The notes under the pieces were generated by a model. The model did not search any database. It was not told the origin of the DNA and was given only the letters and a program-made list of their open reading frames with translations. A program made the position numbers and the translations under genes. A stretch of DNA of 64,000 nucleotides from Lama glama. Its lineage: Eukaryota. The stretch is from NCBI GenBank assembly GCA_028534125.1, contig CM052817.1, forward strand, positions 26,104,001-26,168,000. The letters run 5' to 3'. Of the stretch, positions 13,803-26,062 are shown piece after piece (the first letter of the stretch is position 1; each line of letters starts with the position of its first letter).

Positions 13803-14020
13803 AAGTAGTGTTGTGCTGGAACCAACTCACATTGCTTCTTCCCTATGAAAGCCAATTGTGCTCATTTCTTCCCAACTTCAAGTTCAGTGATGTCACAGTG
13901 GTAGCTTGAAATTGCCAGAGAAGGAACAGGTACACTATGGAAATTGGCAAATGTTACAAATCAAGGATTGCTCCCCCCAACCCACCCCCAGTCAATTGTT
14001 AAACATTTACCGTATCATTG
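13803..14020. mobile_element. hAT DNA transposon relic (MER63-like)
   Basis: TGTGCTGGAACC...GTTCAGTGATGTCACAGTGGTAGCTTGAAATTG...GAAATTGGCAAATGTTACAAATCA...TTGTTAAACATTTACC. Confidence 0.7.
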
Positions 14021-14169
14021 ACAATAAGCCTTTCTTACCATATGAAGTGGGTATTTGTTACATATTCATAGTGCCATTCACACAAAGGTACCCTGCTTGA
14101 AGAAAGTTTGATACACTAAAGACTAAATTTTACCAAAGTATTAAAGGAAATAATGATTATTCACACTGC

Positions 14170-14800
14170 AAAAAGAGTTTTTAATTTGTAAAATAATTCT
14201 CTGTATAAGAATTATTATACATAATTGTCCAAAACTGAAAACTATCTCATGGTTCTTCAATAAATAAATGGATAAATAGATTGCAGCTCATTCACACAGT
14301 GGAATGCTACTCAACAATAAACAAGAATGAATTATTGATACATACAACAATACAGATGAATATTAAATGCATTATGCTAAGTGAAAGAACCCAAAATGTG
14401 CCTTCTGAGATGGCTCACACTTTATGGAGTATGTATCTACTTTTACTTTAAATGCTCACTCACATCTTGTAGCCTCTCTGGCCTTCTGAGACAGCCTATA
14501 CTCTGTCCATAGAGTGTGCATCTCTCTGAATAAATGTACTTTTACTCAAAAAAAAAACCACTATCAAAAGATTATATACTAAATGTTTCCATCTATATGA
14601 CATTCTGAAAAAAGCTAAAATACAGAAACAGTTATAATGCACACAGGTCAGTGGTAGCCAAGATTAGGTGTGGAAAAGGACCTAAATACAAAAGAGTAGT
14701 GGAAGGAAATTCTTTCAAGTGTTAAATTTTTTGTAGCCTGTATAAAATCTCATAGAAGTGTACACACGCTCACAATTTTGTATGTAAACTTTTTTAATTT
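14170..14800 (+). mobile_element. Old L1 3' region, sense, interrupted at ~14393-14557
   Basis: AATGGATAAATAGATTG...GGAATGCTACTCAACAATAAA...ATTATGCTAAGTGAAAGAA. Confidence 0.75.
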
Positions 14801-14989
14801 GAAAGAAAAAAAAAGAATTCTCTGCATAAAGAGCTTCCTTGATGCTTAAAAAATGATGCTTTGTTTACCCATATTTAGCTTACGACAAGTTTTCATAAAT
14901 AAATCTGTTGTATGAAGTGAGGCTCACTAAAACTGTACCACTTTTCACCCAGAAGTTGTATATCTCTCTGCAAAAGCTTAAGATTTTTT

Positions 14990-16830
14990 TAAAAACAATC
15001 TGAGATAAAATTAACTTAAAATAAGCAGCACATGTTTAAAGAGTACAATTTGATAAGAACATACATAAACAGCCACAAAACTATCACCACAACCAAGAAA
15101 ACTAATTTATGTTGCACACTCAATTGTTGCTTTTGTTAATCCCTCCCTTCTCTTCATCCCATTCCCTCCTCCTCATGCAGTCGCTGATCTTAGTTTCTGT
15201 AACTGCAGATTATTTTGCATTTTCTGGACTCTTCCATAAGTGGATTCATACAATATATATTCCCTTTTTGTCTAGCTTCTTTCACCCAGCATACTTATCC
15301 CTATTATTTCATGTATCAATAGTTCATTCCTTTTTATTGCTGTATAGCATTCCATTGTATGGATATATCATGATTTGCTTATCCACGAACCTTTGGCTAT
15401 TAAATACTAGGAACATATGTGTATAAGTCTTCTATGAATACATGCTTTCATGTTTCTTTGGTAAATATCTGGGAATGGAATTGTTGGGTTATATAGAAGG
15501 CGTATATTTAACTTTCAAGAAACTGCCAAACTTCCGAAGTATCATTTTATATTCCCACAGCAGTTCGTGAGGGTTAATTTCTCCATATTCTTACCAACAA
15601 TTGCTATGGTTAGTTTTTCAGTTTTAGGCATCCTAATAGGTGTGGGGTGTTATCTCATAGTGATATTAACTTATATTTGCCTAATAGCTAATGATGTTGA
15701 GCATCTTTCCTTGTGCTTATTTTCCATCTATATATCCTCTTTGGTGAAGTAAGTCTAAATATTATAATGAAGACATATTCAATAGGCATAAACATGAAAT
15801 TTAAACTTTCAAGTATTTACTATTTTCTCTAAGAGCTCTTTTTAATTGTTTAATAGCTTTATTGAGATATAATTCACACACCATAAAATTCACCCTTTTA
15901 AGTGTACAATTTAGTTGTTTTTAGTGTATTCATAGATTTGTGCAACCGTTACCACTATCTATTTTCAAAATGTTTTCATAACTCCAAGAAGAACCCCCAT
16001 AACCACTGAGTCTCTTCCCCTTCACCTCCCTCATCCAGTCCCTGGCAACCACTAATACATTTTCTATTTATGTGGATTTGACTATTCTAACCTAATAGGA
16101 GAATTTATGGGGCATATGGTAGCTCTAAATTCAACATTTTAAATAACTATCAAACTGTTTTCAAAGTGGCTATACTATTTTACATCCCACTGGCAATATG
16201 TGAGATTCCAATTTCTCTGCATTCTCATTGACAATTGTTATTGTCTTTTTTTAAATTTTAGCCATCTTATTGTGTATGAAGTGGTATCTCAATGTGTTTT
16301 TGATTCACATCTCCCTAATGACTAATTATGTTGGACATCTTTGCATATGCTTATTGCCAATTTGTAGATCTTCTTTGGAGAAACGTCTTTTTGTACCTCT
16401 CACCCACTTTTTAATCAAATTGTCTTTTTATTGTTGAGTTGAAAAGGGTTCTTTACATATTCTCGATAAAATATCCCTTAGAGATATGATTTACAAATAC
16501 TTTCTCCTATTCAGTGGATTTTTTCACTTTCCTGATAGTGTCCTTCAAAGCACAAAGGTTTTTAATTTTGATGAAGTCCAATTTATCTTTTTTTTTTTTT
16601 TTTTTGCTTTTGGGTCATACCTAAGAAATTATTGCCTAATCTGAGGTCATGAAGATATATTTTCTTCCAGGAGTTTTATAGCCCTAGCTCTTATACTTAG
16701 GTCTATGATGTATTTTGAATTAATTTTTATATGATGTGAGTTAGGGTTCCGAGTTCTTTCTTTTGCATGTGGAGACCTAGTTGTCCCAGTACCATTTGTT
16801 GAAAAGACTATTTCCCCCCCATTTTTAAGA
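14990..16830 (-). mobile_element. Two adjacent old antisense L1 fragments (~14990-15750 and ~15850-16830)
   Basis: AGCTTTATTGAGATATAATTCACA 3' end; GTGGTATCTCAATG; GTCCCAGTACCATTTGTTGAAAAGACT. Confidence 0.85.
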
Positions 16831-17420
16831 ATTTTTATCTCTAATTGAAAAATATATGTATGCAAAATTCATGTGTCACTTAATTTCTAAATTCATTATC
16901 ATCATACTTCTGTAATATCTACCAGAATTATCTGTCATCTCATGACCTGAATTTGAATAGTCTTAGTTTTAGTTTGCTTTGATTTCTGAAAGATCTCTAG
17001 GCTGTAAGCTATATTTGCTTTTTGAAAAATAATGATTCCTGGTATAGTAATAAATAGTTTGTAATATACTTAGGGACAAAAAAGTATAATTATTTACAAA
17101 TGTAACTTTTAGTACTTGTCAACTCTTTACAATGTTATTTAGTCCTATAGTTTCTTTTATATATATACCTTTTTAAAAAAAGTTTTATTGTATAATTTCT
17201 GTACAGTAAACTACACACATTTCAAACATACAATTTGATAAATTTTGATAGATGTATACATAAATATTTTTTAAAGTGCAAAGATATTGGTAGAGAACCA
17301 TTTACTTATATCCAGTGATGACATCATTAGAGCTAGACCATGGATTCTCCACCCAGCTTCAAAGTTTATATTTTTTAAACAAAATTTACATAACCTAACA
17401 GATAATATTTGTGGAAGATT

Positions 17421-18095
17421 TGTACAGTGTTAACTTAGTTAAGCAGGAGCTGTGATTCCCAGAAATTGCCTTCCCTACATAGTTACAAGTTAGCCTGGCC
17501 ACAAGATACATTTTGTGCATGATTTACAAGGCAGCAGTGAAACAGCAGCTATCTTTTTAAAAAAAAAAAAAACAGCTTTTTTGAGACAATTTACATACCA
17601 TACAACTCACCATTGTCATCTTCTTTTCACTCAAAGGGTAAGTACAGGGCATTAGGTACTTTTGCAGCTCACACATGTTGTCACTGTTTTTTTTTTTTTA
17701 ACTCACTTTGTATGAGGTGTGAGGCAGCAGCTAGGTCCACAAGAAGTCCATCTCCTCCCTCAGTTTCTCCAACTCTACTCCTGGGTCAGGTATACATTTA
17801 GCTTCATAATGAAGGATACTAGTTTCTTCAGCAGGTCCTCTGCATCACTGAAGTTATTGGCTTAGAGGTGGTAAGGGACCAAGACAGGTTCCAGCTTGTC
17901 TTTGTTCTTCCCCACTTCATGTCTATCTTTCCTTCTCAACTTTCTGCCATGTTGGCATCAGGACCAGCACCAGACATAGAAGCAAAAGCCAGCCATAAGC
18001 TATTTAACCAGTTTCCACAATTGTGTAAGGTCAAATCCCTATAACAAAAACTATAACATTCCCAGTGGTACTGTTTCTCTGATCAAATCCTGTTA
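17421..18095 (+). mobile_element. Class III (ERVL-group) LTR containing a ~55-bp antisense L1 tail (~17560-17615)
   Basis: TGT start, TAACTTAGTTAAGC...TTCCCAGAA, and a 3' end GGTCAAATCCCTATAA...CTGTTTCTCTGATCAAATCCTG similar to ERVL LTR ends. Confidence 0.6.
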
Positions 18096-19270
18096 CCACT
18101 TTACACACTCACAATCTTTGAGAATCCCTTCCTATCAGTAAGACACCCAACGGTATAATTAATGGATAGTCAAGTGGCATATGCAACCTCCACTCCTAAT
18201 TCAAAAATTTCTAGAGGGTATTTCATCCAATCACCACCTTATGAGTTCTTGTTTCTTACAGAATTCAGCTCAGGATGATCGTTTAGATCTTCCCCTATAT
18301 TCAGCTTTGGTATCTCAGACAAGCACCAAGATTAGATAAAATAGCCTGGAGGTAAAGAATAAACTTTTAGATTCATTGAATATGAAAGCACAATTAACAA
18401 TACTGGTTAGGTTGGCTAATCAGCACCTTAGGGTAAATTAATTCAAGAGGTATGGAATGCTACTGTAAACGAAATGAAAATTAAAATATGGTTAAAATTT
18501 AGAACGTGTGATTTTTTAAATGTATATTGTGGAAGTATCTCCCCTATTTGAATGTATAATTGGTATAGGTATGTTTGAATGGAAATTTCTCCCTTATTGG
18601 GTAAAATTTAAGAAGGACTAATACATTCATCGACCCTCTGGTTAGCACTAGTTGAAGATATAAAATGAGAGCTCTTACAGTTACCTAAGCCAGGTCTTGC
18701 CTGCTGCAGTTGTGGAACTGGATCCCTCACTTCAACAAATTGTTCAAGGATATTAGGCCTGGTTCACAGGTAGCAGTTCTAGAATTGAGGGTCATGGATC
18801 AGTATGGAAAGCTGAAGCTCGGTGTCCACTAGAAGGTAAAATTCTCATGAAGGAAGATAAGAACAACTTAGTCCAGGGGGCTAAATTATAGACTGTGTTC
18901 CTGGCAGTGGTGGAAGAATTAGATACAAATAAATGTCCTACTCTTTGCGTGTATATGGACTCTTGACCAATGGATTTGCAATTTGGTCTAGCAAATGGGC
19001 CACAAATAACTGGATGATAAAAGAGGTCTTGCTCTTTGGAAACCTTTATGTAAATTGTAAGGGCAAACCAAAGTGGGACATGTTGATGTTCACTAAAGAA
19101 GCCTTATGCAAGGAATCAACAAGTCGATGCCTTAGTTTGACCTCTGTACGCGGCAACCTGGGTCTATGAATCAGTAGACATGCAGTAATTCAAACCATGT
19201 AGCAATGGGCCATATGACAAATATACCAGTGGTCCTTACTGAAGCTCAAACTGTTAACAATAATTATTCT

Positions 19271-19360
19271 GGGGGGGGGTATAGCTCAGTGGCAGTGCGA
19301 GTGCTTAGCGTTTATGAGGTTCTGGGTTCAATCCTCAGTAAATCAAAACAAATAATAATA
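19271..19360 (+). mobile_element. Vic-1-like tRNA-derived SINE (short) inserted in the ERV integrase
   Basis: GGGGGGGGGTATAGCTCAGTGG (A box) ... GGGTTCAATCC (B box), A-rich tail, ATTATTCT on both sides. Confidence 0.85.
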
Positions 19361-19967
19361 ATTATTATTCTGTTTGCTAACAGAAAAGGCAATGTTTGCG
19401 ATTAGTCCTAGGAATTATTCTCAGGTCCAGCCCATAGCTGGCAAGTAGATAATACTGACCCTTTGTCTATTGCCGTGGGGAATCTAGATGGATATTGACA
19501 GAATTTGATACATATTCTGGGTTTGGCTTTGCATACCTAGTGACTAATGCTTTAAATACTATCAAAAAGCTAAAACAGTAATATTATACCTGTTTGGTCC
19601 TCCTAGTTACATTTTCTTGGATCAAGGCATTCAATTCCCTACCCACATAATGCTACAATGGGCAAAGAAACATCACATTCAATGGACTGGACTTACTATA
19701 TTCCTGATCACCCTCAAAGTAGTAGATTAATAGACAATTGGACTAAACCCAACAACTACTTTAAAGATGTAGGGATGATAGTGGATTGAAGGATTGGACC
19801 ATAAATCCCTAGCTTGTATTTTGCAACTTAACATGAGGATGACTAAAGTAGGTCTCCATTAGATAAGCTGTTATGCTTTTACAGTGGAAGTAGGGGAAAA
19901 AGAGTGGGAAATGATACAGAAATTTAAAGACAAGACTTCCATAGTTTACCACAATTTCCTTCTCCAA

Positions 19968-20303
19968 TGCTTGGTCTGTTTAGGCTGATATAGTGAAGTA
20001 TCTTGGACTAGATGGTTTACAAACAGCAGTTCTGGAAGTTGGAGATCATGATGCCAGCATGGTCAGACTCTGGTGAGGACCCTCCTTCAGGGTGCAAACT
20101 GTATCCTTACAAGGTAGAGAGGAGGGAGCAGCAAGTTCCCTCATAACTTTTGTAAGGTCACTGATCCCATTTATGAGAACTCTGCCCTCATGACCTCATC
20201 TAATCCTAATTATCTCCCAAATACCTTACCTCCTAACACCATCACGTTGGGGGTAGGGTTTAACATTTGAATTTGCAGGGTACGCAAAATTAAGTCCATA
20301 ACA
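19968..20303 (-). mobile_element. MaLR LTR (MLT1A-like) nested in the ERV
   Basis: CAGTTCTGGAAG...GCCAGCATGGTCAGACTCTGGTGAGGACC...ATGACCTCATCTAATCCTAATTA...AGTCCATAACA. Confidence 0.85.
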
Positions 20304-21298
20304 AATGCCAAATCAGTAGTCCCTTGACTAGGGCTCCAGAGGCTGATAATCTAAAACAAAATACTGTGTCTATTAATTTGAACCTAATGCAAGAAATCCA
20401 AAGAAATTGGTGGGATAGACTGTCCCTCCCCCTACTTTGCCACAGTGGGGCTAATTGTGCAAATATTTTGTTGCCTAGTGGTCAGGATAGCCTCATTTTC
20501 TCTACTTATCCAATCTGAGCCCCTACCACTAGGGAATGGATTGCAAGGGAAGTCCACCCATGTCTCATCTTGCTATCAGCCATATAGACTAGCCCAGTGG
20601 TTGAACCAGAGGGTTCTACTTCAGGGGAAAGGTCTGGATTAAAATTAATGACAATAAAAGAAAAGTGAAGTCATTGCTGAGAGGAAAGGAGCCAATAAGT
20701 GAGCTTTATTAAAGGGAAAATTCAACAATTCTGATGAGACTTACAACAAGAGAATAGCATTCTGTCTTAGCTTGACTCAGATACCTGTTGTGGAGAAGGA
20801 CCCTGACAAAACCTTTTCCTCTTTTGAAAAGCCAAGACGTGAGCTGAATGAAAAATAAACATACTTCCAGAAGCAGTCTACATTCTCAAAATGAATGAAA
20901 AAAGGGAAGCTGACTATATAGAAAAATACTAAAATGGTGATGTCGTTTGATTTTTATTTCATGCGACATTTTTCCTATGCAGGATAATTGGCCTAAGGAA
21001 GATGTAGACTTGATTAATGATAGATTGATTATGGTTTTTAATCATTCAGCAGATGTGTACCTTAAAGTTCAGATAGCTATAGATCAGGGAGGAAGATGTA
21101 TTATAAAATCAGTATAAAAATATAAGAAAATTTATGCTGGTATTAATGAATGGTTTAGTTCTATACCACCTCCTCACTGGTTATTGCAAATGTTTAGAAT
21201 CCATTTGCTTTTCAATTGTAAGGCAAATTAATTTCTGTCAAACCAAGGATAATTGTTTAATTGTAGAAGGGTCTTGACCACGGATCAAGGTGGTGGAC

Positions 21299-21850
21299 TC
21301 TACAGAGACAGTCAATTCCAACAGGCCAGGAATCAATGTGAACTATTTTCCTAAAGTTCTTGCATGGCTCTGACCCATGGTCAAGACATGAAACATTAAG
21401 AAATAGTATTTTGTAACCATGGGTCCAAGGAGTTTCAGGTGGTTGTGGTTGGCACCACTTTGTCAACATTGGGTTACTAATATCAGGGAGATCAATGTTT
21501 TACATCTGGGCTCAGCTCTCCTGTTGCAGGAATATGTCTGTGTGACCAGCAAGTATAAAAAATTGCACCTAAGACCCCATTGTGGGCTTTCTGCCTCCAT
21601 GGTATCCTGTGATCACATCAGTGGTTCCTGCTCTGAGAGAAACTACATCTGGCCTCAACTCATAGAGGGTGAACAAAGTAGCCTGAGCTGGCCTCTCAGG
21701 ACCCTTTAGAGTGAGGCAACCTTTGCTGTGATGCAATTTATTTTAATGCAATTTACATATTCTTTTCCTGTAATAAACTGTACATTTGTAAGCATTGCCA
21801 TTTTAAGTCCTATGAGTCTTCTTTAGCAATAAAACTCTACCTACTACGTT
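21299..21850 (+). mobile_element. 3' LTR of the class III ERV (family uncertain)
   Basis: Follows the PPT-like tract; TATAAAA near 21555; AATAAA near 21772; TCCTATGAGTCTTCTTTAGCAAT U5-like end. Confidence 0.7.
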
Positions 21851-22229
21851 AAGTGCATATATAGATATTTTACATTAAATAAAATATTCTAAGACAATAA
21901 AGCCATGCAGGTTAGGTTATCACCAGGGGCTCTGAAAGGATGACAAAAGGACGTAGTATTGCATAATTAAGAGAAAAAAAAATCAGGATATTTTGACTCC
22001 AGACCCTCCACTATTGAAGAGTCAAAATTAGCTGCTCCAATTCCATTTAGAACCATCCTCAACACATAGTAGTTTATTTGAAAGTAAAATACTTCACTAA
22101 ACTTTTAGGTGCTGTGATATCACAGTGTGGTCGGCCAAAAGTATGGTCACATTCCAACAAATGATTTTATGATATTTAAAACATGTAATTCTAGAGTCTC
22201 CCCTAACTCCAAGCTGAGGGCATGATGGC

Positions 22230-22740
22230 TCACATCCAAAGTGAAACTCTGGGGAAGTTTAAGGAGAGGTTTTCATGAATAAATTGATATTTTTGATGAT
22301 ATACTTTTGTAGCATCCAACATGAATTGAAATGGGAAGAAGCTGGAAATGGAAACCTCACATAGACTTTTCAGCTCTTGGATATAGTTATCTAGGGCTAG
22401 GGCAAAAGTTTTGAGATGGCATAAGATCAGTTAGATCCAGATGATAAGAATGAAGAGAGATTATATTTAGCGGTAGTTTGAAAGCACAGTATAAAAACAT
22501 AGAAATCTTACCCTAAAATTATAGAAAACAAGGTATTTGTATTTGAACAAGGGACAAAATTTAGGATGCAATTTTCTGAACAAAATGATCTATATGGGTG
22601 GAGGCCTACTCTCCCTAGTGGAAGACTGACCATACTTACAAACATAATTTGGGACCAGATATCATTTCCAACAATTAAATCATAGATATTGAGTAATATA
22701 AGGCCAAAGACAGACACTGGTTACTTAATGACTAAATAAA
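22230..22740 (+). mobile_element. Highly degraded RTE-type LINE endonuclease relic (MamRTE1-like?)
   Basis: Colinear motifs ELKWEEAG, EERLY, RMQFSEQNDLY, LPSG and IRPKTDTG resemble RTE endonuclease ELKWTG, VERFY, RLIEFCQENAL, SPDG and TRPGADCG. Confidence 0.5.
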
Positions 22741-22919
22741 CATGACACAGAAACAGAACACAGAGTCCTTGGCTTTGATAAATAGTTCTCCACCCAAATA
22801 CTGGAAATCACATAAGCACCAACTTCCATGAAATTATGGATGACTGTCCACCAATTACTTGTAAGCAGAGCAGACAGATCATCAGAGACTGTCTAAAATA
22901 AAGCCTAATAGTCACTAGC

Positions 22920-23085
22920 CAGCAATAACTGAGCATTTTTGATGTGCCAGCTCTTGTGCTGTGTGCAATTCTGACAGTAATGCAATAGATAACATTATTA
23001 TCTTTTTCCAGATGAGGAAACTGAGGAATATAACATCACTCCAACTTTCTGACTTCAGAGTCAGAGCTTTTAATTACTGTTCACT
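22920..23085 (-). mobile_element. MIR SINE
   Basis: CAGATGAGGAAACTGAGG core; TCTGACTTCAGAGTCAGAGCTTTTAA. Confidence 0.7.
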
Positions 23086-23300
23086 AAAACTCTAGCCTCC
23101 ACAAGCCATTGTTTAATGACTTGTGCAGAATGGCTAGTGGCAATGGTGGAGAAAGAATTTCTGAAAATTCAGCAGCTTACTCGACTTTAATCACCAAAAG
23201 TTCTTCAAACAAAGAATTCATAATAATTTATTCTACCTCTTTTTTTTCTAAGTTACTCATAATTTGTATAACTTACAGCACCAATTAAATTTCCATTTTT

Positions 23301-24655
23301 AAGTCTCTTCAGCAAGTGGTGTTGGGAAAATTGGACAGCTGAATGTAAATCAATGAAGTTAGAATACTCCCTCATACCATACACAAAAATAAACTCAAAC
23401 GGGCTTAAAGACGTAAACATAAGACAAGACACTATAAACCTCCTGGAAGAAAACACAGGCAAAACGTTTTCTGACATTAATCTTAGCAATGTTCTCCTAG
23501 GGCAGCCCAGGCAATAGAAATAGAAGCAAAATTAAACAAATGGGACCTAATTAAACTTATAAGATTTTGCACAGCAAAGGAAACCTTAAGCAAAACAGAA
23601 AGACAACCTATGGAATGGGAGGAAATATTTGCAAATGATGCGACTGACAGGGCTTAATTTCCAGAATATATAAAGAGCTCATATGGCATAATAATAACAA
23701 CAAACAAACCAAACAACCGAATCCAAAAATGGGCAGAAGACCTAAACGAGCAATTCTCCAGTGAAGACATACAAATGCCAAAAAGGCACACGGAAAAGTC
23801 CTCAATGTCACTAATTATCAGAGAAATGCAAATCAAAAATACAATGAGGTATCACCTCACACCAATCAGAATGCCCATCATTAAAAAGTCCACAAATGAT
23901 AAATGCCAGAGAGGATGCAGAGAAAAGGGAACCCTCCTACACTATTGGTGGAAATGTAGTTTGGTGCAGCCATTATGGAAAACATTATGGAAATTTCTCA
24001 AGAAACTAAAACTAGAGTCACCATATAATCCTGCAATCCCCACTCCTGGGCATATACCAGAGCGAGCCCTAAGTCGGAAAGATACATGTACCTCAGTGTT
24101 CATAGCAGCACTATTTACAATAGCCAAGACATGGAAACATTAACGGATGACTTGGATAAAGAAGTTGTAGTGTATTTATACAATGGAATACTACTCAGCT
24201 ATAAAAAATAAAATAATGCCACTTGCAACATGGATGGACTTGGAGATCATCATGCTAAGGGAAGTAAGCCAGATAGAGAAAGAAAAATACCATATGATAT
24301 CACTCATATGTGGAATTTAAAAAAAAAGATATATAAACTTATATATAAAACAGAAACAGACTCACAGACATAGAATACAGACTTGTGGTTGCCAGCAGGG
24401 AGGGGGGTGGGAAGGGATAAACTGGAAGTTCTAGATTTGTAGATACTGGCTGGTATATATAAAATACACAAACAAGTTTATACTGTATAGCACAGGGAAA
24501 TATATTCACTATCTTGTAGTAGCTTACGGTGAAAAAGAATATGAAAATGAATATATGTATATTCATATACGACTGAAACATTGTGCTGTACACCAGAAAT
24601 TGATACAACATTGTAAGCTGACTTTACCTCAATAAAAAGAAAAGAAAACCATTAA
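23301..24655 (+). mobile_element. 5'-truncated younger L1 (ORF2 C-terminus, 3'UTR, poly-A)
   Basis: ORF 23775-24143 [24 protein letters not shown]...[13 protein letters not shown] is the L1 ORF2 C-terminal domain; AATAAA plus A tail near 24631. Confidence 0.95.
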
Positions 24656-25358
24656 AAAAAATATATCCCCCCCAAAAGACACTCAGTCCTACTACTCCAC
24701 ACTGTTCCTGGGGAGTGAGGGTAGGTTAAACTGTCCTGTTCCTTCCATAGGAAGAGTTTCATCCCATGGACCCTTCTCCCTCAGTCTGCCCTAGGCTAGC
24801 CCTAGGGTCTCAAACAGGGACTACAAGAGTAGAAGGAAGTCAGCACAAGTCCCTATAAGAAGGCAGACTATATTGCATAGCAATACTAATCTGCCTTTGC
24901 TGGGCAAGAAGTTTCCGGTAGCTGGGCACTCATTCTCAATGGCTCTGGTCTTAAGTAACTGTGAGCTTCAACCAGGTGGGCAGCAACACTCCGGTCCCTT
25001 GGTCATATATAAGGTAAGTATATCTCACAAAGGCTTGCATTAGTGATTCTTCTTGAGAAAATCAAAGTCTAAATTCATACTGAAGAAAGAATGTGTCCTC
25101 TGTCATCACAACTCCCTGTTGAGTTAAGAAGTTCCCAATAGTTTTTTTCCTATTCCTCCAAGGAGCTTGAGGGCATCACAAATTTATTTACTGGACATTA
25201 AAAATCTCCTCTCTCTCTCTAACTCAGAGATTGGCACCAGCCTCAATTATGGTCTTTGGACTCAGATACTCCTGATAAGAGCTGAGAAAGAGAATACTTT
25301 CTATCATAAGAGCATGGTCCAATGAAAGCAAGGACTAAAAAAGATCAGGGAAAAGAAA

Positions 25359-25360
<2 letters not shown>

Positions 25361-25389
<29 letters not shown>

Positions 25390-25395
25390 CAAAAC
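25361..25395 (+). repeat. (AAAAC)n microsatellite
   Basis: AACAAAAACAAAAACAAAACAAAACAAAACAAAAC. Confidence 0.9.
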
Positions 25396-25874
25396 CCAAC
25401 AGTTGATAGCCTGAATGCCTAACACAGGAGAATATTTTCATGTTCATTCATTCAACTACCATTTATTAAGTGCCTGCTATTTGCCAGGCATTGTGTATAT
25501 GAAGGTAAGTGAGATGTAAAAGATGTAGGACATGATTCTTTGAGAACTCATAGTTTAATGGAATATTTATTTTTGAGAAATTATTTGGCTCGGTTTTTTA
25601 ACCTCTCATCTGAATTTGCTAAATAAACCACTTTGATTTCCTTGTTCTCAAAGCACAGTTAGTAAAATTTCCTGTGAATCTCCAGACCTGATTGCCTAGG
25701 TTCTTAAATGTACAATATTTGATTTGTACAAGTCTGTGATTTTCAGTTTCTGCCTCCTTATCTAAGTTAATCTCAAAGTAGAAACCAGTCTTAAAGAGGG
25801 TTCCCTCATTAAACCTAGATCAGATCCTAAGCAGCCAGCCAGCTCAGTGCTGCCTCCTCCTGGATTCCTTTAAG

Positions 25875-26062
25875 TAAACCAGAAAGAGAAAGAAAAATAC
25901 CATATGATATCACTTACATTCGGAATCTTAAAAAAAAAAAAGACAAACAAACTTATTTACAAAACAGAAACAGACTCACAGACATAGAAAACAAACTTAT
26001 GGTTACCAGAGGGGAAAGAGGGTGGGAAGGGATAAATTGGGAGTTCAACAATTGCAGATACT
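25875..26062 (+). mobile_element. L1 3'UTR fragment fused to the following L1
   Basis: GAGAAAGAAAAATACCATATGATATCACT...AACAGAAACAGACTCACAGACATAG, as in the copy at 24276-24380. Confidence 0.85.

Larger units (their letters stand above)
18100..21298 (+). mobile_element. Class III ERV internal relic: protease, RNase H, integrase, dUTPase-like and 3' region; RT missing
   Basis: By-eye translation: KAQLTIL and VSPLFECIIGIGM (protease); AWFTGS and NGFAIWSSKW (RNase H); GPAHSWQVD, ILTEFDTYSGFGFAYL, DQG and YIPDHPQS (integrase). PPT-like AAGGTGGTGGAC at 21287-21298. Confidence 0.85.

Noticed and set aside
19271..19345. tRNA-like A/B boxes (also at 27426, 31687, 56677, 62320)
   Set aside because: SINE heads with A-rich tails and TSDs, not tRNA genes; I see no complete cloverleaf.
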